A stretch of 64,000 nt of DNA from positions 22,458 to 86,457 of the IMG/VR virus record IMGVR_UViG_3300046355_000046; one strand, given 5' to 3'. Positions 15,861 to 27,100 of the stretch are shown here, piece after piece (within the stretch, counting starts at the first letter, position 1; each line of letters starts with the position of its first letter). This stretch comes from a virus. The notes under the pieces were generated by a model. The model saw only the letters and a list, made by a program, of their open reading frames with translations, did not search any database and was not told the origin of the DNA. The position numbers and the translations under genes are program-made.

Positions 15861-18725
15861 ATGAAAATACGTATTGTAAAGAAGGAACTACCTAAAGCTC
15901 AAACAGGTAATACACAAGAATCTACTCAAAGATTTTGGCATTCTGAATGGGATGATCAAGGGTTTGATACAGATCCAGCTTCACCGTTATATCAGCCAAA
16001 TACGCAACAAGCTGCTAAAACAAAGAAACCTTTATTTAGTCAAGCTACTGTAAAGACTGCTAATAATATTTCGGACTGGGCAGATGTTGCTCTAATGACT
16101 GGTGCTGCAGTAGACTACTTTGGTCAGAACCAAAAGCTTAAAGATTATGAAAGAGCTTATAGACAAAACCAGTTTGATAATCAGGTAGTTAGTCCTATGT
16201 TTAGAGGTAATACTGAAATCAATACTGGTAGGTTCCGTGAGAATGTAACACGTAAACCTAATGAAGGTATGTTTCAAATGGGTGGAGAAGAGAACTTTGC
16301 TAATACAAGTAATATGATAAAGATTAGAATAACTGGTAAACCAGAAAACTTAGAGTTTGAATATGGTGGTCAAAATGGCTACGGTTTAGATCTTGGACAA
16401 CGTAGAGTACAAACTGAAATGCCAGCTGGTAAAGCTGATTCTGTTTCAAGTAGTATTGGAGCAGTACCACGCTATGCTGCTAATATAGAAGCAGAAGGTG
16501 GTGAAACCGTATATGGTGATATAGATGGAGATGGTGGTTTAGAACATATGACTATTAACGGTAAGCGTCACTCTCAAGGCGGTGTACCTCTTAATGTACC
16601 AGAAGGCAGTTTTATTTTCTCAGATACTAAGAAAATGAAAATCAAAGATCCTTCTATTCTAACTATGTTTGGTAAGTCTCCTAAAGCTGGTGGATATACT
16701 CCTGCAGAGATTGCTAAGAAGTATGACATTAATAAATACAAAGCTATTGTAGAAGATCCTGAAGCAGATGAAATATCAAAAGCTACAGCTCAATTGATGC
16801 TTACTAACTATCGTAAGAAGTTATCATCTTTAGCTCTTGTACAAGAAGAGATGAAAGGTTTTCCTCAAGGTATCCCATCTGTTGTAGAAGGAGCAAAAGA
16901 TCAAATGCTAATAGCTGCATATGGTGGTTATATTCCTGAGTATCAGTTAGCTGGTCAAGTAGTAGATCCATTAAACCCTTATCAGATCTTTCCTCAAGCT
17001 GCTGAGTTAGCTCAACAACAAGCATTGTTACAAGATTTAGATAGACGCCAAGCTGCTTCTAAACCTACACGTGTTCCTGATGCTAATGAGATCACTGATC
17101 AAACTTTATCACCTAAGTCATTAGCTGATGTTAATGATCCAGAGTTTGCTAAGTATAAACAACTATTAGAGAAGTATGATACTAAACTTGTAAAAGGTTC
17201 TTACAATATTAACTCTATGTCAGCAGCTGATGCTAAAGATTTTGCTCGTTTATCTGGCAAGTTTGGCTTTAGTAGAAAAGATCCAAAGGGTGGCAAGATG
17301 TATAATGTTATTCAAAGCTCAACACCTGGTTTAACTTTTAAAGGAAGTAAAGGTAAGAAAGCTGGTTTCTTTGGTGGATATAGCCCAGATATGTATGAAC
17401 GTAGATTGGTAGAAGATAGTTTAGGAGAAGATGCTGTAAAGAATATGAGTGAATTGGATATTCGTAAAGCATACTTTAAAGAACTAGGTGTAGATGTATC
17501 TAACTTAAGTGATGAGCAATTAAAAAATAAGAAGAGTCTTTATGCTAACAAGAACTTCTTTGAAAAACAATTCTATCCTAAGTTTGCTGATAAGTTTGTT
17601 GGTGATCAATACCGTACTCAGTTAGGTGATGACATGATGATTGGTGCTGAGCACTATGATAGTTACCGTACTAAACCTAAGATGGTTCCTGGTAGATCTC
17701 CTATTGGTTATAAATGTACTGGTGTAGATGATGCTGGTAATCCTATGATTATTGAGTCATCTTACATGGATGCTGAAGCTATGGCTGCTGATGGAGCCGT
17801 AGGATCAAGACAAGCTGCAGCTATGCAGTGTGCTGGTAGTATTACACCTAATCAGATTACTCCTGGTAAAACTACTCCTAGCAAAGCTGGATTCTTAACA
17901 CCTGATAAACTAGCATTGTTAACAGCTGGATTAAATCCACCTCAAGCGTATCTTCCTTCTGTAGCAGATTTACCATACAGACAAGGTGATTTGGCTTTAG
18001 AAGATTGGTTATCAAAAGCTCAGCAAAGACAGCAGACATATAATATTGCAGCTAATACTTTAGGTCAATATCAACCTGGAACTGCTATGGCTTCTAATCT
18101 TTCTTTCTTAGCAGGACAAACTGGTGAAGGAGTATCTCAAGACATTGCTCAAACAGATTCTCGTAACGTAGATAGAGCTAATCAGTTTATGGCTCAAGAG
18201 TTACAACGTAAGACAGCTAATGATGCATATAATGCTGCAGCAAGAGATAAGCGTTGGGAAGGTTTTGTAACAACTAAACAAAACTTAGACAATGCTCGTA
18301 GAAAATACTTAACTGGTATTACACAAGCAGCTAATAATGCATTTGCTAATAGAATGTATTTAGATATGGTTAATAAGGTTAATCCTATTTATAACGTTGA
18401 CCCTACAACTGGACTATCTTTCTTTAAAGAAGGATATGATGCTAGTAAGCTAGGAGCTCCAGGGTTTGCAACAGCTTCTTCTAATATAGGACCAATGGCA
18501 CAATTTCCTGCTTTAAAAAATCAGTATCTTCGTTTAGGAATGACTGAAGCTAACGCAGAGAAACAAGCCATTTCTCAATTATCTGGTGGAAGAACTACTT
18601 ATTCTGATACAGACAATGATGGTATTCCTAACACTACTAGAACTACAATGGCTCAACAAATGCCAGGTATGTATAGAAATGCATTTGGTTTTAATATAGG
18701 TGGAGTAGTTGGACCGTGGAGATAA
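15861..18725 (+). CDS. Putative virion cargo/ejection protein
   Basis: NIEAEGGETV..G.RHSQGGVP module, GG motifs and a Gln/Ala/Asn-rich helical C-terminus. Lies between the muzzle and RNAP genes. Confidence 0.6.
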   Translation: MKIRIVKKELPKAQTGNTQESTQRFWHSEWDDQGFDTDPASPLYQPNTQQAAKTKKPLFSQATVKTANNISDWADVALMTGAAVDYFGQNQKLKDYERAYRQNQFDNQVVSPMFRGNTEINTGRFRENVTRKPNEGMFQMGGEENFANTSNMIKIRITGKPENLEFEYGGQNGYGLDLGQRRVQTEMPAGKADSVSSSIGAVPRYAANIEAEGGETVYGDIDGDGGLEHMTINGKRHSQGGVPLNVPEGSFIFSDTKKMKIKDPSILTMFGKSPKAGGYTPAEIAKKYDINKYKAIVEDPEADEISKATAQLMLTNYRKKLSSLALVQEEMKGFPQGIPSVVEGAKDQMLIAAYGGYIPEYQLAGQVVDPLNPYQIFPQAAELAQQQALLQDLDRRQAASKPTRVPDANEITDQTLSPKSLADVNDPEFAKYKQLLEKYDTKLVKGSYNINSMSAADAKDFARLSGKFGFSRKDPKGGKMYNVIQSSTPGLTFKGSKGKKAGFFGGYSPDMYERRLVEDSLGEDAVKNMSELDIRKAYFKELGVDVSNLSDEQLKNKKSLYANKNFFEKQFYPKFADKFVGDQYRTQLGDDMMIGAEHYDSYRTKPKMVPGRSPIGYKCTGVDDAGNPMIIESSYMDAEAMAADGAVGSRQAAAMQCAGSITPNQITPGKTTPSKAGFLTPDKLALLTAGLNPPQAYLPSVADLPYRQGDLALEDWLSKAQQRQQTYNIAANTLGQYQPGTAMASNLSFLAGQTGEGVSQDIAQTDSRNVDRANQFMAQELQRKTANDAYNAAARDKRWEGFVTTKQNLDNARRKYLTGITQAANNAFANRMYLDMVNKVNPIYNVDPTTGLSFFKEGYDASKLGAPGFATASSNIGPMAQFPALKNQYLRLGMTEANAEKQAISQLSGGRTTYSDTDNDGIPNTTRTTMAQQMPGMYRNAFGFNIGGVVGPWR

Positions 18726-18740
18726 TCTTAATAATAATTG

Positions 18741-18798
18741 TAAACCTTAAAAGTTTAGTTCTAAACTTTAAAGATTTTTTTGTATATTTATAATGTAG
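18741..18798 (+). promoter_or_regulatory. Phage-specific promoter/operator element, copy 2
   Basis: TAAACCTTAAAAGTTTA ... GTATATTTATAATGTAG. Also contains the perfect inverted repeat AAAGTTTAG-TT-CTAAACTTT. Confidence 0.7.
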
Positions 18799-18801
18799 TA
18801 T

Positions 18802-21180
18802 ATGGCAACCTACTTACCTAACGTAACTGACGTAATACCAGAGCCGGCTCTGTTTACACCCAACTTCTCCTTTTTAGATACAATGCTAAGAAGGAGACAG
18901 GGACTATATGAGCAAGGTTTTGCTCAAGTAAATAGTGCCTATGGTTTTGTGAACAGAGGCGTGACTAATCCTTATAGCGTTCAAGTTAGAGATACCTTTC
19001 TTAAACAAGCTCAAGATAATCTTAAAAATTTATCTTCTTTAGATTTATCACAACAGCAGAATGTTAAAACAGCTGCTGGTGTATTTGAACCTTTTGTAAA
19101 AAACCGTAGTGTTCTTGGTGATATGGCATTAACTGCACACTGGGATTCACAAGAAGGTATTGCAGAATCATTTAGATTAAAAGATGGTGGTAAAGAGTAC
19201 AATGATGATAACATCAACTATGTACGTATGCAGAGACAAGCTTTTGCTAAAGATGATATCTCTACTGTAAATGACTACTATTCTAATAAAAGATCATTTA
19301 CTCCTTATTATGATTGGAATAAAGAAGTTCAAGATAAAATGAAGGACTTTAAACCTAGCTCTACTAAGGTTGAAAAAGCTAATGGTATGTACATGGTTAC
19401 TACCAAAGATGCTTCTTATACAAAAGAAGAGATTAATAAATACTTAAGTGCTACTCTTTCTGATAAGGCTAGACAACAGATGCGTATTGAAGCAGCTGTA
19501 AGATATCCTGATCTTAACTCTGTTGCTGGTTTATACATGAACCAAGCTGGAGAAGACTTACCTTTAATTGATAGCAGACTTGGTCAAGTTAATGCTGCTT
19601 TAAAAGGAGAGAAAGATGAAACTAAGCGTCAAGCTTTGCAACAAGAAAGAGACTTCTATACAGAAAGAGCTAAAGAAATACGTGGTAATATTCAGAGTAT
19701 ACAACAAGGAGATGTTTCATTTCTTAAAAAGAATGCTCAGAAGTTAGCAGAAAATATATACATTGGTCAAACCGTTGGTCGTTTGGCTAATGGATTTACT
19801 CATGCAGACATAGAACAAACTATTGGTTTTAACCAAGTTGCTATGATGTATGCTCGTATGGCTTTTGATAAAGAAGAAAACAGAAAGAATAGAGAAGCTA
19901 AAGAAGGTACAGTATTACCAATGTTACCAGTTCAGCAAGGAGAACAAGAAGTTAATACTACATATGCTAGTTTATCTAGTAAAGTAACTGCAGCTGAAAA
20001 AATAAAGAAATCAACATTTTCAGAACTTAAAGATTATATTGTTGCTACAGATAGAAGTCAAAAGTATGCAGGTAAGAATGGTGCTAGTTTAACACAAGAT
20101 GATGTTGATTCTTGGATAAATAGTCACCCTAATCATCCTAAAGCTCTTTCATTTGTTAACGCAGCTAGAGGAGTAGAAGCAGCCAATCAGTGGAAAGATA
20201 ATTGGAATAAAGATGCTGAAAAATTTGCTCAACAAGAAATGGGTAGCCAGTATGATCTTCTACAACAATATCGTCAACAAAAACAAAAAGTAGTTTCTAA
20301 TGGTGGTGGTACTAAAGTTGATTGGGATCCAGTAAAAAAGACGTATATTAAAACAATGCCTTCAGTAACTCCTAATGGGCAACCGATCAAAATGGATGTT
20401 GGTAAGTACTATTATGAGTCTTCTCCTACTGGAGGTTCTCGTGCCAGTAATGATTTAAGAATGTTAAATTATAACTCTGGTATAGTTGCAGGTAATCAGC
20501 TTGGTATTAATGGTGAAGCATTAGAAAAGAAATATACTGAGTTAAAAAATAAATTTAATAGTGAGCGTAATACTATTACTTCAGTAACTAAACAAGGTTT
20601 TACATTAAGTACAGGTGATAGTAGATATAAAAGTACTAAAGGATATCTTGAAGCTCTTACTGGTTTAGAAGGAAAAGTATCTGGTATTTCTTGGTTTCCT
20701 TCTGCTGATAATTATCAAATTGAGTTTAAATTAGATGATGCTAATGCTACTAAACCAGTAGATAGAAAAGTAGTAATTGAATCTTTAAAAGCTAGATTAG
20801 GTACTGAAGATATTAAATATAATGAAAGTACTGATATGTTTACAGTAGGTAAGATAGCTCCTACTATTGCTCCTAGACTAGATCCATTTGGTGGAATAAA
20901 TCCTTTACATAGAAGTATACTAGCTGGTCTTGAAGTATACAATGGTACACCTGGTTCTCAAAGAACTAGTGTAGATTTTAATATTTCAGGAAAAGCAGGA
21001 ATGCCTACATTTTTTATTAAAAAATTATACGGTAATACTCCAGAAAGTCACGCCTATATTTTACATGTTAACGGTAAACCAGTAGATTTTCCTTATGGAT
21101 CAACATTAGAAGCTTATTCTCGTGCTACTGTATTAGCTAATAACCCAGATGCATTAAGCATCATATCAAACGCAAAATAA
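18802..21180 (+). CDS. Putative virion cargo/ejection protein
   Basis: 792 aa, largely helical N-terminal half, immediately upstream of the virion RNAP. No catalytic motif recognised. Confidence 0.55.
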   Translation: MATYLPNVTDVIPEPALFTPNFSFLDTMLRRRQGLYEQGFAQVNSAYGFVNRGVTNPYSVQVRDTFLKQAQDNLKNLSSLDLSQQQNVKTAAGVFEPFVKNRSVLGDMALTAHWDSQEGIAESFRLKDGGKEYNDDNINYVRMQRQAFAKDDISTVNDYYSNKRSFTPYYDWNKEVQDKMKDFKPSSTKVEKANGMYMVTTKDASYTKEEINKYLSATLSDKARQQMRIEAAVRYPDLNSVAGLYMNQAGEDLPLIDSRLGQVNAALKGEKDETKRQALQQERDFYTERAKEIRGNIQSIQQGDVSFLKKNAQKLAENIYIGQTVGRLANGFTHADIEQTIGFNQVAMMYARMAFDKEENRKNREAKEGTVLPMLPVQQGEQEVNTTYASLSSKVTAAEKIKKSTFSELKDYIVATDRSQKYAGKNGASLTQDDVDSWINSHPNHPKALSFVNAARGVEAANQWKDNWNKDAEKFAQQEMGSQYDLLQQYRQQKQKVVSNGGGTKVDWDPVKKTYIKTMPSVTPNGQPIKMDVGKYYYESSPTGGSRASNDLRMLNYNSGIVAGNQLGINGEALEKKYTELKNKFNSERNTITSVTKQGFTLSTGDSRYKSTKGYLEALTGLEGKVSGISWFPSADNYQIEFKLDDANATKPVDRKVVIESLKARLGTEDIKYNESTDMFTVGKIAPTIAPRLDPFGGINPLHRSILAGLEVYNGTPGSQRTSVDFNISGKAGMPTFFIKKLYGNTPESHAYILHVNGKPVDFPYGSTLEAYSRATVLANNPDALSIISNAK

Positions 21181-21195
21181 TAACTCTGTACTTTT

Positions 21196-24100
21196 ATGGC
21201 TGAAAATCTTTTTGAACAAGACTACTTATCCAACCTACCTGAAAATGCAATTGAAGGTGTGCCTAGTACAGAAGAGATGCCAGTTTATGACACTCCTGTA
21301 GAGGCACCTAGTTCTATTGATCAACCTGAGCAACAGATTGCTACTGGTCAAGAACCTCCAAGATCTAAATATAAATCTTATGATGAAGCTCTTAATGCTA
21401 TTAATGTAGAAGCTAATAGGGTATTTCCTCTTGCTAATGAATCTTGGATAGATCCACGTGTTGTACCATCTGAAACTGCTAAAAAATATAGAGGTACAAA
21501 ATACGGTTATATTTATGGTATAGATAATGATAACTTTTATGGTGAACAAGAAGGTGGATTTGCGACATTTGGTAAAGGTATAGCTAGACTTGGTCTTGGT
21601 ATTCTTACTAAGACTGGTGAAGGTATTGGCTATATTGGTGGCTTGCTTGACTCAGACAACTGGGATGCAGATATAATTACTAAGGCTTCAGATAATGGCT
21701 TTTCAGAAATATTTAGAAATATTGATGATAAAGCTAAAAATGATTGGCTACCTACGTATCAAGAAGCTGCAGATAGAAATAAAGGTTTTTGGTCAAAAGC
21801 ATTTACAGATGGTGATTTCTGGATGACAGATGCTGTAGATGGTTTAGCATTCCTTGCATCAGCGTGGATTCCTGGTCTTGCGTTAAGTAAGTTACAGTTA
21901 GGAGCTAACTTAGCTAGACTTGCTTCTGGTATGCGTGTGGGTCTTGGAGCTGCAGAAGCTGCTATTGAAGGAGCTGGTGCTGCTGTAAACTATACTAAGA
22001 GTGCTGCTAACGCATTTAGTAAGTTAGATAAGTTTAATGCTTGGGCTTTAGCTACTTCTTCAGAATCTATGTATGAAGCTAAAGCTGTTAAAGATAAGGT
22101 GATGGACTCTTTATCTTATGATGAGTTTGGTAGAACAAGATATAAAGAAGACGGTACTCCTTATACAGATGAGGAGAAGAAACGTATATCAGGAGCTGCT
22201 GCTCAAAATACTTTCATAATGAATGCAGGTTTATTGGCTGCAACAAATGCTATTGAACTTAAATGGTTAGGTCAGGCATTTGGTAAAGCTCCTGGCGTAG
22301 CTGGTGCTGTAACAGGTGCTGCTCAGTTTGGAGAAAGCATGGGAGTAAGAACTGCTACATCAGGTATTGAGCGTTTCCTTAACTCTAAAAAAGGTGCGTT
22401 TATAAGTGGCATTGGTCAAGGTGTTCTTGCAGAAGGATATGTAGAAGAGAATGGTCAGTTAGCTATTCAGAGAATTAACGAGGCTTACGGAACAAGTGGA
22501 CGTATGGCTGACTTATCTAATACTAGTGAAGTATTTAAACAATACTTTAAACAAACTGGAGATGCTTTAATGGGTAAAGATACAGAAGCATCTATTAGTA
22601 TTGGTATAGGTGGTATCTTAGGAGGTATTGGTGCCGGTGTTGGTGGAGTGAGACAGTTTGGTCGTGATCAAGCTGCAACTCAAGCTGCAGTTGAAATGTA
22701 TAATGCAGCTCAAGAGAACTGGCTTAAGTTTGGTAACATCTATAAAACTAAGTTAGTAGATAGTACTGATGCTGAAGGCAATCCTGTAAAAGTAGAAAAG
22801 GTAGTTTATGATGATAACAATCAACCAGTTCTTGATGAAAAAAGAATTGCTGCTGTTACATCATCATTTAGAGCTGTTAACTCTGCATTAGAAGAGTCTA
22901 CTAAAGTAGATGATAAGTTTAAGAAAGATGCATTAAGAGATACAGCATTTGCACAGTTTGTTATAGCACATATTAATGCTGGTGTAGAAGGAACTATTGA
23001 TCAGAAGTTAGATGCTGTTAGAAAGTCTGATCCGGAACAAATTGCTAAATTAGGTTTTGTTTTAGGTGAAGACATTGATACTCAGATCAATAGATACAAA
23101 GGACTAGCTGCTTCTATCATTAAACAGAACAAGTTAATGAATGCTGATATCATGTATGATGGTACTCAGGATGACGTAGCTCGTAAAAATAAAATGGTTA
23201 ATATGGCAGCTGAACAAGCAGCTTATAAGACTATTCTAAATGACCTGTTAACAGAAGTAACTGAAGTTAAGAATGATTTACTATCTACTGAGAACTCTTC
23301 GTTATCAGATGGTATTGTAGAACAACTTAATGAATATCAGTATAGAATTAAATCTCAAGAAGAAGTTATTGCAGCTATGCAAAAGAAAGGGTTTGTCACA
23401 AACCTTGAAACTGTAGCTCAAGAAGTTCTTGATGGTTTAAAGAAAAGCTTTGACAAGCTTCAAAAAGATAATGAGACAACTATTGCTACTCTTGAAAAAG
23501 ATGACAATGGGTTCTATAAATATGAGAAAGAAGATCGTAATCAACCTGGTGTTTCTGATAATCTAAATAAGAAGATCAAACTTAAAGGTGAGTTACAAAA
23601 TCATATTAAAGGTATTGGTTTAGAGTGGGCTAAGTATGCAGATACTATTAACGGTAAGGAGAACTTCTTACAGTCTTTATCTGATGAGATGCTATCTGTA
23701 GTAGATAGTCAACTTAAAGCTGAGGCTGCTAAACCTAAACCTCCAGTTGCTATAGCTCCTACACAATCAAAACTTTCTGTTACATATAAGACAGAAGATG
23801 ATGTAGAGATTACTACAGAGTTTGTAACTGGTGATATTTATAATTTAACAGATACTAATAGCGGAGAGGTTACTAAGCTTGAGGTAATGGCTGTCAATGA
23901 AGAAGATAGTAGTGTTACCATTAAGATCAATGATGGTGATCCTGCTGTAATTGATGCAGAAGAGTTAGCTACTACTTTAGCTAATGAAGGCTGGACAAAA
24001 CAAGCTGTAAAGAAGACTCGTAAAAAAGCTGTTAAGAAAGACGTAGATGAAGATGGTCAAGAAGAAACAGAAGAGTTAGAAGATAATGAAACCGTTACAA

Positions 24101-27100
24101 CGTTTAGTAAAACTAACAAGCTTCCTAAGTTTGAAGAAGTAGGCTTTAATAAAACGTTTGGTCGTCAATACTTAGATGAAGAAGATACTGTTCCTAATGA
24201 AGAGAATGGTACTGATAGATTCTTTAAGTTTACTGCTAAGTTTAACTTAGCTAGAAGAGGCTATGCTCTTCAAGTAATTACTTCAGAGAATGATACGTTT
24301 GGTATCCGTGATACTGAGTTTAACGCTAATGATATTAAAGTTGTAGTTGTTAAGAAACAACCTCAAGCAGATGGTAGTGTTAAGTATGCATATGTAAATG
24401 TTGACAATGAGCTTATTCCTGAAGGAGAGCAAACTAAAGATAATATTATCTACCGTTCACTAGCTGGTATTGATAGCTGGACAGTTGAGCGTGTAAGAAG
24501 AGAATACACTGTAGACTCTGAAACTACAGATGAAGAGATCCAAGAAGCTATTGATGCTGAGAAAGCTTATCAAAAAACTTTATTGGATAACACTAAAGAT
24601 GGAGGTAACGTATACTTAGATGTAGTTACTGCTATGCCAGGTATTCAAAGAATTGAGTATACATCTGCAGTGGGAGAAGATGGTAAACGTCAACTATCTA
24701 AAGCAGAAGTAGAAGGTCGTGTTATTACTAACAACCCAGACTTTACTGATTTAAGAAGTGTAAGCAATCCAGACGTAAATATTGGTCTGAGAGTTTCTAC
24801 TGGTCGTGGTGTTGTAATGGCGGGTGTTCAAGCAGGTCGTGTGGTTATGCAAGAATATACCATGGAGAACGGTAAGAAGATCTATGGAGATAAAGTAATT
24901 CGTGTATTTAACCGTGACTTAACTGATATAGAGAAGGATAACCTTATCAAAGCATTTGTAAGACTATCTGAACTATATGTGCAGAAGTATGGATATAATG
25001 CTGCTTCTGGTAAAAAGAAAATAAAACCTTTATCTACAGCTGACCAAGCTGAGATGAGTATTATTGAAGATTACTTAAAGCATATCTTAAACTGGAGCCG
25101 TCCTGTAAAAGGAAAGGTTTCAGATAAATACTTCTGGGTACAGAGTGGTCTTCATAGAGGTAACCTTGTTATTCCTTTTACTAAAGAAGAGATTCTTAAG
25201 AATAGAGACAAGTTAGTTAGAGGTGTAACTCACCACGTTAATAATAAAGCTTTACAAGATAATGATAGCTTTACAACTATTAAGTTTGTAAAGGGTAAGG
25301 CTGTATTAGATAAATCATACGATACGTATGAAGAATACTTATTAGCTAAGAGAGAAGATGGTACAACACCTCCAGTTTATTCTTCATTACCATTATATGA
25401 TTCTAATACTCCTCAGCGTACTCAGGTTCAGATTATCTGGAAAGATCCATCTTTAGTTGAGCCAGAAGCTGAAGAAGAAGTAAAAGCATCTAAGAAGAAG
25501 CCTATTGCTAAGATCAAAGGTTCTTCTGAATTAATGGATGATAAGATTGATGAGTTCTTAAATGGTGAGCGTACTAAGATAGAAGTTAATGGTGTTACTG
25601 TCAGCTACGAAATGGAGGGTGGTGGTATTATTATTAAAGTTCAGAAAGAAAAAAACATTAAAAAGTCTAAACCTTTTGCATCACAAAAGGAAATAGCTGA
25701 TAATAGAAGTGAAATTCTTAAGAGCATTACTCAAGCAACTGGATACATATATGGTGCAAACCGTGGATTAAAACAACTTATTGCTCAAGTTACACAAAAA
25801 GCTGCCGAAGCTAAAGTTACTAAAGCACCAACTACTTCAGTAACTCCTCAAGTTGCTGATCGTGATACAGAGACAGATAATGATTTAAGATTTAAAAATA
25901 TAGTAAGATCTATATTTGAAATAAAGGAGGGTAATATGGTAAGACCAGATTACTTGAAACCTGAAAATATAGAAATGTATGAAGATTCTGATGTTGCAGG
26001 ATACATACTAAAGATAAATATAAATGATATAGATTATGTTGCCATAATGCCTGAGATGCAAGATCTTAGGTTTGATTCTATTGAAAGACTTCAACAGTTT
26101 GATAATTCTGGACTTAAAAAAGTTTCAGATGAAACAAAAAATAATATACTAAATGGTTACACTGATATATTTGATCTTGAACTTGTAGATATTGTAACAA
26201 AAAGATTTGGAAAAGAAAATGCAGATTTTGTTTTAGATTATCTTACTAAGAATAAAGATGCAAAACAAAAGTTAACTCTTTTAGAAAAGGGTGCAACAAC
26301 CTCTGTATCTGCTCAAGATGGTCCTTTCTTTAGTGTAGAAGAAGCTGTAGCAAATGCTGTACCTGAAAATGGTAAGTTATCTGCTGTAGTATCTCAAATG
26401 AATGTTAAGACTAAAGAAGTAGTTAAGTTAGCAGAAGCTACTATTGCTATTCCTTCTGGTAATATAAATGCAGCTAAAGCATTGTTAACCAAGGCTTTAA
26501 TTGCACAGCTGGATATTGATTCTGAAGAACCTCCTTTCCGTTTAGATATTGGAGAGATGGAAGCTACTGAAGACTTTGGTAAGCTTACTAAGTTCATGAA
26601 AGAAGTTTTACCTATGTTCCCTGTAAAGAAGGTAGGTCATTTAATTCATGGCAAAGGTTTAGGAGCATTCATGAGAGGAGCATTACACATCTATGAAAAT
26701 GCTACTATTGGTACTGGTTTCCACGAAGCCTTTGAAGCTGTATGGGCTTCATTCTTAACACAAGATGAGAAGCTTGATTTAGCTAATGAGTTTAAAGCTC
26801 GTGAAGGATCATTCTATAATAAGTTTACTAAAGAGACAAAGCCTTATTCAGAAGCTAGCATGTACGATGTACGTGAGATGTTAGCAGAAGAGTTTCGTGA
26901 TTATATTCTTTTAGATAGATCTACTGGTAATAAGATTGCTAACTTCTTTAAGAACTTATGGAAAGCTATCCAGGCTTTATTCAACATTACTCCTAAAGAA
27001 AAAGCTGAGATGAATAGTATCATTAATGATCTATTCAAGAAGATTGGAACTGGTGGGTTTAAAAATGCTAGATTTATTAAAGATCGTTTAGCTTCTGGTA

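Noticed and set aside
16518-18630. DxDxDG Ca-binding-like loops (DIDGDG, DTDNDG) in the 954-aa protein
   Set aside because: Isolated short matches without flanking EF-hand context, too weak to call.
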